Below, piece by piece: positions 12,412 to 24,780 of a stretch of DNA of 32,920 nt. The notes under the pieces were generated by a model. That model was not told where the DNA came from. It ran no database searches and was given only the letters and a program-made list of their open reading frames with translations. Origin of the DNA: Octopus bimaculoides. Lineage: Eukaryota. The stretch spans positions 20,226,887 through 20,259,806 of the forward strand of contig NC_068992.1 of NCBI RefSeq assembly GCF_001194135.2, in the 5' to 3' direction. The translations under genes and the position numbers were made by a program. The stretch's first letter is position 1; each line of letters starts with the position of its first letter.

Positions 12412-13428
12412 TATATGTGTATATATATATATATATNNNNNNNNNNNNNNNNNNNNNNNNNNNNNNNNNNNNNNNNNNNNNNNNNNNNNNNNNNNNNNNN
12501 NNNNNNNNNNNNNNNNNNNNNNNNNNNNNNNNNNNNNNNNNNNNNNNNNNNNNNNNNNNNNNNNNNNNNNNNNNNNNNNNNNNNNNNNNNNNNNNNNNNN
12601 NNNNNNNNNNNNNNNNNNNNNNNNNNNNNNNNNNNNNNNNNNNNNNNNNNNNNNNNNNNNNNNNNNNNNNNNNNNNNNNNNNNNNNNNNNNNNNNNNNNN
12701 NNNNNNNNNNNNNNNNNNNNNNNNNNNNNNNNNNNNNNNNNNNNNNNNNNNNNNNNNNNNNNNNNNNNNNNNNNNNNNNNNNNNNNNNNNNNNNNNNNNN
12801 NNNNNNNNNNNNNNNNNNNNNNNNNNNNNNNNNNNNNNNNNNNNNNNNNNNNNNNNNNNNNNNNNNNNNNNNNNNNNNNNNNNNNNNNNNNNNNNNNNNN
12901 NNNNNNNNNNNNNNNNNNNNNNNNNNNNNNNNNNNNNNNNNNNNNNNNNNNNNNNNNNNNNNNNNNNNNNNNNNNNNNNNNNNNNNNNNNNNNNNNNNNN
13001 NNNNNNNNNNNNNNNNNNNNNNNNNNNNNNNNNNNNNNNNNNNNNNNNNNNNNNNNNNNNNNNNNNNNNNNNNNNNNNNNNNNNNNNNNNNNNNNNNNNN
13101 NNNNNNNNNNNNNNNNNNNNNNNNNNNNNNNNNNNNNNNNNNNNNNNNNNNNNNNNNNNNNNNNNNNNNNNNNNNNNNNNNNNNNNNNNNNNNNNNNNNN
13201 NNNNNNNNNNNNNNNNNNNNNNNNNNNNNNNNNNNNNNNNNNNNNNNNNNNNNNNNNNNNNNNNNNNNNNNNNNNNNNNNNNNNNNNNNNNNNNNNNNNN
13301 NNNNNNNNNNNNNNNNNNNNNNNNNNNNNNNNNNNNNNNNNNNNNNNNNNNNNNNNNNNNNNGTGGACAGTAAAAGGTCAAATAAACGTTTACCTTCGCA
13401 GCCGATGTGACAGCACGTCCGTGAGAAG

Positions 13429-13504
<76 letters not shown>
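13429..13504 (+). repeat. (AGAT)19 microsatellite
   Basis: Read directly. Confidence 0.97.
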
Positions 13505-13569
13505 TGATAGATGTACAGTACATATGTCGATACTTATGTATTCTATGTCTATGAATTTCATTTCATAAC

Positions 13570-13705
13570 TATGTTGTCGCGGATTCGATCCTACAACAGA
13601 GTCCTTTAGCAAGCGTTCGTATTGCAGTAACCCCGTTTGATCATTTTCCTGTAAAATGAATTAGGAATCTGTTATAAGGATACTGTGCAGAATTCCGTCG
13701 TGTAT
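13570..13705 (+). mobile_element. Highly diverged SINE head fragment, followed by (CA)n
   Basis: B-box-like ggattcgatcc; ends actgtgcagaattccgtcgtgtata, resembling actgaaagaagcccgt in the 1671-2272 element. Confidence 0.35.
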
Positions 13706-13719
13706 ACACACACACACAC

Positions 13720-13755
<36 letters not shown>

Positions 13756-13777
13756 GCACACACACACATGTATTTGA

Positions 13778-14162
13778 ATGTTGTGTATCTCAACTTTGAC
13801 ATTACATCTAATGCATACCGAATGAGTCATCTTACGACTCTCGACTGATTGGTGCCACTGACTAACAGACTAAATTAAGTTAATAAGATGCAGGATATTA
13901 TACGAAATGATGGGTAACTGAGGGAGAGATGGGTACTAAAGTAATAACGCCGTATGTAGGGAATCAGGCAGTTTGAAGATAGCAGAAAATGGCGATAAGG
14001 ACAAAAACACTATGAGTCATAAAAGTCAGTTGAAACTGTAAAAGCAACTTTCAAAATGAAAGTCGATTTTACGTTTCGGTGAATCGTAGCTGGACTTTTG
14101 AATAATATTATGTTTTCTATTTTCAAGAGCGAGTCTCCATCTCAATTTCTCTATCTTTCCAC
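13778..14162 (+). repeat. Unclassified diverged repeat, copy 2
   Basis: Same anchors as copy 1, with offsets of 2250-2299 bp throughout. Confidence 0.75.
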
Positions 14163-14270
14163 CTCTCATTTGTCTCTCTCTCCCTCTATCTTTGTTTCTC
14201 TCCCCCTCTCTCTTTCTTTCTCTCCTCCACCTCCGTTCTTTCTCTTCGCTCTCTGTCTCAATCACTCTGC
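14150..14270 (+). repeat. CT-rich polypyrimidine tract (others at 6580-6640, 11940-11980, 28130-28200)
   Basis: Read directly. Confidence 0.8.
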
Positions 14271-15244
14271 TTTCATACTGCTCAATATTCATTCTAACTC
14301 TCGATATTCGTGAGGTTATATATATCTATCTTTGTCATTCTCTGTTTCTTATACATACATTGATACATATATATATATTCATGGATCTAGGTTAGAACCC
14401 GGTTCTTTCTCTTGAAATAAACTAAATAATGACAAACATACAAACACATCGGTTAAATCTATTGAACGTTGCTCCCCAGTGCAGTCGTAGAAAACTGTAG
14501 AACAGAACAACTATACAAAATAATGATTTGATTCTCAAGCTCTGATAACCTTTCTACAAAATTCCTATGGCACACACGTAAACAATCAAATGTTATGCAG
14601 GACCCTCCTCTCTCTCTCTCTCTCCTGGCGGGATATTCTGTTCTTTAGAATGTGGTAATTATATTTATACTCATTAAGTTCTCACTGTGGAATCTCAAGC
14701 ATATTGCTTGGTGTTTTATGTCGAAGTAATAGTAATTTGAGCAGCATGTCGTTTGTTAATGAGTTTATTTCCGTTGACGGCTTTACTGGAGAAAATAGTT
14801 AATATTAGGCATTAAAGTACAAATCGCGTAAACTAATGATCGCCTTCGTCAGTTATAAAGAAATACAATTTTTGATTTTAATCGTAATAATTTTCAAATT
14901 GAGATAATTTAGGTAACTTTTTTCCTCAATTCTCAACGCTATACAGAAAACTACAGTTGAAACCGAGTTCTCAGAACCCGCCTATATTAACGACACATGA
15001 ACTGAGGTTTATGCGACAAATTTATCTAGTCGGTTGACAGATAACATCGCTCGACTTTTGCTACTTGGCACTGTATAGTCACCAGCCTGAAAATAGGTAA
15101 AATTTATTCAGATTTCAAAAACGATAGACAAATGTTGTAAAAGAACAGAGCTCCAAAATAGCATAAAACACAGTGGATTGTACCAGAACATAATAACCTA
15201 CATTTTGAACATGGCACCAAAAGAAGAAGTATGAGTCGGAATAT

Positions 15245-15407
15245 ATCCTTCGACCTCAGAGCTCAACAGATACCTATATTGTCGATCTCGTAAGGATGAA
15301 GTTTAGTGTCAACCTCGGTGGAGTTCGAAGGCAGAATGTTTAGACAGACGGAATGCTGCTATGTATCTAGTCCAGCGTGGTAACGATTGTGCCAGCTCGT
15401 CGCCTTA
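15245..15407 (+). mobile_element. SINE 3' fragment (first of a tandem pair)
   Basis: gtcgatctcgtaaggatgaag...gtcaacctcggtggagttcgaa...agacagacggaatgc...gccagctcgtcgcctt. Confidence 0.65.
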
Positions 15408-15431
15408 TATTTATATAAAATATCACAAGAA

Positions 15432-15650
15432 TATAGGTTTTCAATTTTGGCACAAGGCCAGCAATTTCAGAGGATGGGCTCAGCCGATTAAATCGACCGC
15501 TGTATTCAACTGGTAATTTTTTTAATCGACATCGTAAGGATGAAAAGTAAAACCAAAATGGGCGGAATTTAGAACGAAAGACAGACGAAATGCATTAATG
15601 ATTTTGCCTGACGTGTTAACTATTCTAGCTGCTTTTCACTTTACCTTGAT
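15432..15650 (+). mobile_element. SINE copy (second of a tandem pair)
   Basis: tttggcacaaggccagcaattt...cgattaaatcgacc...aactggta...atcgac..gtaaggatgaaaag...ggcggaatttagaacg aagacagacgaaatg. Confidence 0.7.
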
Positions 15651-16169
15651 TTAAAATATTACACTATTACAATATTATCTGTGTTTATAGGGTATTTTAA
15701 TGTTTTGGTTGATTTCTAACGATCAGTAGATATACCAGTTTGAAAGTAAAATGGTTTCAGTCTTGTGTAATAGATTTTTATCTCAGACAGTAAAAGAATT
15801 CAACGTTTGCGATAGATTTGCGGTTAGCATATATTTCGTATTTCATTTTGAGATTCATTTCTTATTCTCAGGTATATTTTTGTTACATAGTCGCAAACGC
15901 ACTTCTATAATGTTAAGGTCTAATAATGTGTTCAAGAATATAATTAAGTGAAATATCATTGTTCTAACGAGAAAATATTGAAAAAAAAAATCATGCTTAT
16001 GGTTCTGTTGTGCGTATCGCTCTGAATATATAAAATTTTGAAAGCAAAGTTCCCATTACCATATATATGATCAATCATCCAAAGACGGTGCATGGTTTTC
16101 ACTATCTCCTTTGTTCAATGATGGGAAAGAAAATAGGAGCAGAGAAAATTATAGATCATTCTATGAGAG

Positions 16170-16217
<48 letters not shown>

Positions 16218-16596
16218 NNNNNNNNNNNNNNNNNNNNNNNNNNNNNNNNNNNNNNNNNNNNNNNNNNNNNNNNNNNNNNNNNNNNNNNNNNNNNNNNNNN
16301 NNNNNNNNNNNNNNNNNNNNNNNNNNNNNNNNNNNNNNNNNNNNNNNNNNNNNNNNNNNNNNNNNNNNNNNNNNNNNNNNNNNNNNNNNNNNNNNNNNNN
16401 NNNNNNNNNNNNNNNNNNNNNNNNNNNNNNNNNNNNNNNNNNNNNNNNNNNNNNNNNNNNNNNNNNNNNNNNNNNNNNNNNNNNNNNNNNNNNNNNNNNN
16501 NNNNNNNNNNNNNNNNNNNNNNNNNNNNNNNNNNNNNNNNNNNNNNNNNNNNNNNNNNNNNNNNNNNNNNNNNNNNNNNNNNNNNNNNNNNNNNNN

Positions 16597-16627
<31 letters not shown>

Positions 16628-17166
16628 GTGTGTATGTGCATATATATGTATGTGTGTGTGTATGTATGTAAGTATTTCAGTATGTATATTCAAAGGTTTC
16701 CATATTTGCAGAAGCGTTCTTTAAAATTATTCTTCATCCGGAAGTGATTGTTCGAATGCGTATAAGCATAAGTTTGTATATTTTTTTGTATACACCTGAT
16801 CATGTTTTAACCAATTTCTACAACCATATATCTGAGCCGATCTATGTTATTGCTATCTTTTTACATTTATCGGCATTATGTAGATATTATACATACATAC
16901 ATACATACATACATACATACATACACACATATATAAACTTGATTTGAATTAAGATCTCAATATGTGTTTTCGAATTGAATATTTATTTCTAAAATGCAGA
17001 CAGTAACTTCGAAGTTTTGGCAGAATATATCGTTCGATGTAGTCATTGCAATCTTTTACTTTATCAATTACGTATCTTGTTTGTCTTTCTCTAATGCTTT
17101 AATATTCGACAGATTTTTACTATGATATTTATTTGAAGGTATCTGTCTTTCTTTCTGTCTGGCTGG

Positions 17167-17238
<72 letters not shown>
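17167..17238 (+). repeat. (CTAT)18 microsatellite followed by (AT)n
   Basis: Read directly. Confidence 0.97.
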
Positions 17239-18037
17239 ATATATATATATATATGTATACGTGTTTGAATATATGTATGATTGCATGTAAGTATATATAC
17301 ATATATGTATGACTCATGTATCATGTATACAGCGTATCTTTATATCAATGCGAATACAGCAAAGCGGCATTTAAAATGAATGTAGAAATTGATCCAATCC
17401 AAGCTTGAGAGCAGCCGGAAAATAAGAAAAGCAAGAGAAATAATCTAAAAACAAACAAAATGGGATAGGCGAAAAAAAGAATGGCTGTGGAGAGTATAGT
17501 TGTCATATAATGATAGTTTAAACGCATCAAATGACCGAGTGGAGGAAGATGGTAGTTTTCATTTTTGCTTGCATTCAATGGAATAGATATAATGACTAGA
17601 TAACTGCAACATCTGCTATACTTGCGATTTGGCACTGAACAACAAAGATAATATACAAAACAAAGACATATACTAGCGATGTTGATATGTAACAATATAT
17701 GCGTACTTTTGTACGTACACCAAAAGCTCTGGCTCAATCAAATCCACATATGTATACATACAACCACCAAATATGTGTACATGCTCAAATACACACATGC
17801 AAAAATACATATGGATATAAATATGTTGATATGATCTATTCATGATTATATTATACAACGAATTCGAATGATCACCTCCTTTGCCTGTTAAGACTCAATT
17901 TCGTGTAGTTACGAACAGTGGAGCTTGTTTTATTTACCAAAACCAAAAGCTGAATGGAATTTTGCATCAGTTCTAGTTCTCAAGAATCCATTGTCCCACT
18001 TTATTCTAACGATAACCCAGGGTGTGTTTACGTAGCG

Positions 18038-18140
18038 TTCTGTTACCAAATTCGGTTCACAAGCTTTTGTCAAACTGAAACTATGGTAGGACAAAAGCCA
18101 TATTGCCATGCAGTATATCCCGACCCGAAGCCACTTAACT
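18038..18140 (-). mobile_element. SINE head fragment of the 1671-2272 family
   Basis: gttctgttaccaaattcggttcac is similar to gtttccgtctaccaaattcactcac at ~2124; the similarity continues toward the B-box-like region. Confidence 0.5.
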
Positions 18141-18374
18141 GTGATCTCTCAGTTTATGATGCTTTTATATGACGTCAGGTCAACTGTGAGAAGTGTAATC
18201 GTTCCAATTTTACTATCTGAATTGCCGAAGCAATACAAATCCCCATCTTCCTACGTCAAAGCGTGTTCAACTCAAAAAGAAACATCCTATGTTAATGATA
18301 TTTATACGTTTGCCCGGCACATTGAATCTTTACAAAATCGCACAAGATTCCTAGTCGCATTTTCCCCCAGGGAT

Positions 18375-18510
18375 TACATTCTGAATTTCACCGAGGTCGG
18401 TTTTGTCTTTTTATCGTTTCAGGAACAATACAATAAGTACCAGTTACAAACTGGGGGTCGATGTAATTGATCCCCAGTGCTCAGCCTAATATTACTGGCA
18501 TGGTACCAAC
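18375..18510 (-). mobile_element. SINE copy, inverted relative to 15432-15650
   Basis: The reverse complement ggtaccatgccagtaat...aattacatcgacccc...aactggtactta...gataaaaagacaaaaccgacctcggtgaaatt aligns with the + copies. Confidence 0.65.
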
Positions 18511-18569
18511 ATTTAAACAATTATGCTTGTTATATAATCTTGATAGTTGAATATTTTTTGGTACAGTAT

Positions 18570-18800
18570 ATGTGGATATATCTGCTGTTATGTCTCAATA
18601 TACTGCTATCTAGCACCTTCAGATGATCTCTACTCGACTACTGCTCAACAGCTACTCAACTCCTCTACCACGGCTAGACTACCTTTATTTATGTCTTGGT
18701 CGGTCCTACCTCTTCGCTTGGGGGTATCGACACAACATTTGCATAGGATACGAAGTGATATTGAGAGTATCAAAGTAAGTGAATTGCTTGTAACACAGAC
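18570..18800 (-). mobile_element. Possible decayed 3' end of an RTE-type LINE
   Basis: The minus strand gives PKRRGR (cf. the GxRxRGRP C-terminal motif of RTE ORFs). The signal is short and weak. Confidence 0.25.
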
Positions 18801-21800
18801 TTATGATACTTTTATACAAAAGGTGATATNNNNNNNNNNNNNNNNNNNNNNNNNNNNNNNNNNNNNNNNNNNNNNNNNNNNNNNNNNNNNNNNNNNNNNN
18901 NNNNNNNNNNNNNNNNNNNNNNNNNNNNNNNNNNNNNNNNNNNNNNNNNNNNNNNNNNNNNNNNNNNNNNNNNNNNNNNNNNNNNNNNNNNNNNNNNNNN
19001 NNNNNNNNNNNNNNNNNNNNNNNNNNNNNNNNNNNNNNNNNNNNNNNNNNNNNNNNNNNNNNNNNNNNNNNNNNNNNNNNNNNNNNNNNNNNNNNNNNNN
19101 NNNNNNNNNNNNNNNNNNNNNNNNNNNNNNNNNNNNNNNNNNNNNNNNNNNNNNNNNNNNNNATATATATATATATATATATATACAAGCACATGTAATC
19201 ACGTACGCTTTTTTATTGTAAGCATTAATGCTCGTCTATAGCGACACACTGATATTTCTAAGGTATCTACTCCTTGACGATTAATACCATTCCTCCAAAT
19301 TTCACTAGTCTCAATCAGAAAAATCTCCGTCTGACTCTATAATTTCTTCTTCTAATTAATTAGTTAAACGATTACTCAGAGGTTTTTGTCTCCTAAATGT
19401 CATTACTTATAAATGTATACCAAACCACCGAAACAATGTCCCAAATACCAATCGATATAATGATGACATTTTTAATTATATTAAATTTCCTGGATAGCAA
19501 ATTAAAAAAAGATATAATTTGAAAATGAAACTTTAGAGCTGATAAAAATTAAACTTAATAAATTGCAAAGGAAAGTGCTATTTCAACAGCAATGAGTCAT
19601 TCTGCTAGATACAAACACCGTAGGAACGCGTACTTTGGCATACACACTCAATACAGCATACGATGTTTAAAAATGAAAAGATAATTATATTGTATAATAT
19701 GGTATAGAATAAATTATGACGTGAACGAAAGCATCGTCTTGGCTGAACGTTTTGGATCTTAGATCTCAATGATTAGGGTTGTAATGCAATTGAAGTACAA
19801 CACGTGCATGCTCCTTGATAGTCAAGAAATGAAGCCAATTCTGATCATATCGATAACGGCAAAAAAGAGTAATATATGCCCCATGTTAAAGCTATAATAT
19901 ATTTAAAGTGTAATATGGTATTATTGTTTTCCTAAGGGTCCATCCAGAAGATATTGGATTTCACAAAAATAAAGTCAACTAACATGTATTCTCAACTTAC
20001 ATTTTACAAACTCTAACTAAAACAGTAAATATATGCAAAAATTCTTAAGTTCCGTATTTGTGTTATGTAGCTTCCAACGCTGTAGCTTTGTATCTTCGTT
20101 AGAAGCAACTCCTTGAATACAGAACGATTCAAATAACAAATGATAAAACAGCACTCACACACAAGTATAATATACATTGCCATATTTGTTGCAATTAAGC
20201 ACTTCTTAAATATATATCATAATCTAATCATCTAAAACAGATGTGAACCCTTCAAGATTAAGTAAAATACCATTTGTCCCTTCTCCGTATATTTGATGAC
20301 TCTAATCAAACCAGCATTTACAGAAGATGTTGGGATGCTTAAATAAATTAAGCTTTTGCTTTTAAAACCAACAGGGCACAACAACTGTTTCCCTATAACA
20401 ATATTCCTCTTTCTTTTTCTCTCTCCAATTCTCTCTCACTCTGTTTGAAACGCAAACATCTCTTCATTCTTCGGTCAGCTCCAGTATATGTGCTGTTATA
20501 CGTTTGTCCTCCATTAATAACCTAGATAACCATGAGTGTAACATGGCTATAATAGACATCAAAATAGACACAAAAATCAAAGATTATTAACGTTTCTAGT
20601 TATGTAACTAACTGTGAGACAAAATTGATTTTGGCAGTGCAAGCAACGTTTACATATTATTATTTCTAATCTCTCGACGAGAAGTACCATAGCTGTGTTT
20701 GTAGAAGGAAGACGAATCTACATTACGCCTGTTCAGCATTTATTTTTCATGGTTATTCCTTCTTAATAGTGGTACAGCTTCTGCGTTCTATGTGTAACTG
20801 AATGATTACATTTACTGGCTTAAACCATCATAACCAACCGAATCGATTATGGAGCTTTTGGGAATGCTGGTATTTCCTTGTATGAAAAATATAAATACCA
20901 CACATATACTTTTACAAACAACAGTTATTCACTTTTAACTATTATTCGAAACCCTAATTTTCATATTCCTTCAGTAAAAAAAACTTGTTGCGTTATAACA
21001 GCATAGTATGAAAGTTCACATCTATAAAGTAAACTGTATATTATATAATGTTACCGTAGCAATAAACATTTTTGCTCGCAATAGACATTTCGTTAATGTA
21101 AAAACATAAAGAGAAACATACACTCAGGTATGAATATACATATTGCGAACGAACAATATCACTTAGTAGACATACACAAAAACACATAAATACACAAATA
21201 AACACGCATACATTTGCACATACACACACGAACACACTGATACACACACTTTGAACATAGTTTTTACTTTCTGGCGCAAGAAACATACACTTCTCAACAT
21301 GTAATTATATAAATATATATTGTCTTAAGAGTGTTCCCCAAGGAAAACGATAACACCGTATTACGCTTCAAATATACTGTGGAAATTAATACGTGAAACA
21401 CAATCCTTTTAGCTAATCAATATCTTTAGGACGTCGAACGTTTGGCGCTTTGGAAAACATAAAATCTGGACAGAAAAAATAATTTAATTATATCTATTCT
21501 GTCGCTTACACTATGTACACTTTTTATTTTATCTTTGGTATTTGGTTGACGTTGGAGAGCATAAACATTTATTTGTGCTACTTATTCTCCATCAGAGTGG
21601 AAGCCATTTTAATGCAGTTGTCTCGAAGCAATTTTAAAAAGGTTTTCACAAAGTATATTGTGATCGAACATAATTTTGGCCAGATTGAACTTTGCCTTGC
21701 CTGGGGGGGGTCAAAAGTTTCCAATCCTTCCATCATGTTTTTAATTCTGAATATGTTATTCCAATACATTTCTCGACAGAATAAATGTCTTTGATAAATG

Positions 21801-21885
21801 AGTGCTGATAGCTTGTTTACTTTAATACGTTAAGTGATTGCAAATGTGTATATGTGTATTAGAGTGTGCGTGTGTATCTGTTCGC

Positions 21886-21886
<1 letters not shown>

Positions 21887-21972
<86 letters not shown>
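21887..21972. repeat. (TA)43 microsatellite
   Basis: Read directly. Confidence 0.97.
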
Positions 21973-21973
<1 letters not shown>

Positions 21974-23716
21974 GTATGTGCGGGTGTCTATGAATGTGTG
22001 TTTAATATTGTTGGATACTACTGTGAAATCTATAGCAAAGCTAGTCATAATTTCTTATGACATTAGACATGAAATCACTGTCATTGCTTTATCTATCAGA
22101 CACATTTATATATACACACATCCTTACATAAACACAAACACAGATACATACATATATATATAAATCAGATATATATGCGTGTGCAAGATGTGCTAAGTGT
22201 GAGTGTGTAATGCACATTTTCCATGTATATTTTTTTTCATCTGTGGTTTTGTGAAATCATGTGTAATTCCTATAACAGTTATGAGATTAAAATCGACAGA
22301 TCTACTTCAAAACTATATCGTTTGTTTAACTTTACAACTTTACATGACGCCACTTCTTTGGAAGAGGCGCACATGCAAAACCAAATTCACCCTACACCAT
22401 TATTGAGGGAAACACTCGACCTACCAATCACAAGGAGCTCAAAACTTAGCAAATCTCATCCGAAAATAATACTAAACCATTTCAGAAGATTGTTGCTGTT
22501 TAGTTTGGCTCGCTTCTCAACATGAAGCTATCATTCAAATGCCTTTCTCTGAAAGTGCACAATGCACATTACAATTTCTCAAAATTAATGAATCATTAAG
22601 TATAAACATTTTGTACAAAGGTATTAAACGTACTACTACTGGATTTTCTCCTGTCATAATTATGCACGAAGTAAAATCCCTTCCCATATGACGTGAACAA
22701 TGTTGAAGAAAATCCATTCAATATGCAACAGTGCATATTTTCTGTCTTTCAATTGCGATGTTACTAAAACAGCATATAATCTTTCAAAATAAATGACCAC
22801 ACACCATTACAATTTACCGAATGCAAACAGTCGCCAAATGAAGAACTGTTTGAGAGAATTTCTACTCTGTAATGAGAACAATTTTGATGACGATAAAGCT
22901 GCCATTTCCTTTAGCTTTATTCAAACGAGCTGCTTCAAGACGTCCCCTCAATAAGTAACATTTTCACGCTGCATTTTATTTTATCCAAAGGTATATGAAT
23001 TGTTTCCACACACATGGCATCCTTAGATCACAAAAATAAGTAACTGACTGTCAAAAGTAACTAAAATACTCTTATATTATGATTTCTTTTGCCATTCATA
23101 TTAATTTTGTATTGGAAATTGTAACCAAGCCTATGCTCGCTTTCTATTTTCCCAGACAAAATCGTATTGAATTGTTAACTATATAGTGATAAGATGAGCT
23201 CACCGAGGAATAAATGCTATTATATATAATACTTATTTACTCTTTCCATATGTTACACATATATTAATAAGTATGATTAATTGAAGACAATGCTACCCTC
23301 TAATATCTATGCGAATAATTTAATTGTATATTATTTTCTCAAGAATATACGACAGTTATTCAAACAAAATGCTTCTATAAAAAATAAAAGAAAAACTAAT
23401 AACGATTCACAGGATTGACGAAACATTCAGATCTGTGAATATAGATAGTTTGGAAATGTTCAATCCGTCTGGATTTGCCTTCAAGTCATATATTCAATAT
23501 TTGTACTTGTTATGTATTATATTTGATAATCTTTTTTATAATTAACCTCTACCAATCATTGCCCTTGTTACGTCGATTGCATTTACTAAAATTAGTGACA
23601 TCATATTTAAGACATCATAGTTGGCAGATTTAGGGTTTGGTTTTTTAAATCTACAATTTCTGAGGAATACATACGTACATAAAAACATATAATATATGTA
23701 TATATAAATATGCATA

Positions 23717-23755
<39 letters not shown>

Positions 23756-23888
23756 NNNNNNNNNNNNNNNNNNNNNNNNNNNNNNNNNNNNNNNNNNNNN
23801 NNNNNNNNNNNNNNNNNNNNNNNNNNNNNNNNNNNNNNNNNNNNNNNNNNNNNNNNNNNNNNNNNNNNNNNNNNNNNNNNNNNNNNNN

Positions 23889-23924
<36 letters not shown>

Positions 23925-24747
23925 CAAAAAGGAAATTATAGATTACTCATTTGGTGGGTTTCGTAGACACGATGATATATTGCTGGTGGAGAGTTTCTAG
24001 TAACCCTTATATTCGTCGCCCTATTTCGTTTGATGTGTTAGACCAACATCTTCATTCACCGTTTTTTGCATTTCGCTATATATAATGTATGTAAGTTTTA
24101 ACTGAATGCCTACGTGGTAGACTTCTATGAACCATAGTTTTCGTACGACACATAGTTACAGATATTCGACATTAACTTAGATCTAAAATCTTTTACAAGC
24201 AGAGATGAATATTACAACCAGTAATGAGCTCTCTGTTAAAATAAAAGGAATATGTTCAATGCAAACAATAAAATGTATATTTTTATATTTAACCGAATCT
24301 AGATTCCGTTCCCATGTTGGTTTTATGTGATTACAGATATACATACAGTCATACAAATATGCACAGACACAGACATATTTATATGTATATATATATATAA
24401 TGATGATATCATTTTTAATAGATAATAATATATGTGGCTAGTATGTATGAATGTATGTATTATGTATGTATGTGTGTGACTATGTGGGGTGTGTGTCCGT
24501 GTGTGTGTGTGTGCGTGTGTGTGTGTGTGTGTGCGTGTGCGCGCAGGTGTGTGCGTGCTGTTTCCTCTCTGCAGAAAGTAGAAAAGTAACCAGTAAATTG
24601 TTATAAATGATAGTGTGTAAAAAGTTTGCGTTTGTAATGCGAAAAGCTAGAAAGAGAAGCGATTACTGAAACACGTAAATCCTTTGATGTTTCTGTTCTA
24701 AAATCATGTTTTCAAAGCGAGCAAAATTACATTTCTTGTTTTGTTTT

Positions 24748-24780
<33 letters not shown>

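Noticed and set aside
14952-15075. TA-CAGT ... ACTG-TA, a possible pogo-like MITE
   Set aside because: Only 4 bp of terminal inverted match.
6468-17006. Exact 15-mer aaaatgcagacagta at ~6468 and ~16992
   Set aside because: The flanks do not align, and such a match is plausible by chance in 30 kb of AT-rich DNA.
10280-18178. Perfect CRE palindromes TGACGTCA (~10281 and ~18170) and short palindromes such as agaaccCggttct (~14395)
   Set aside because: Isolated short motifs, one inside a SINE, with no promoter context.
17954-18470. ORFs of 72 and 120 aa
   Set aside because: They overlap antisense SINE fragments and show no recognisable domain.
18547-18780. Open frame ending at a donor-like AAA|GTAAGT, as candidate upstream exon of the Ig gene
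   Set aside because: No Ig A/B-strand pattern (no G-x-x-V-x-L-x-C), and the sequence is better explained as a minus-strand LINE relic.
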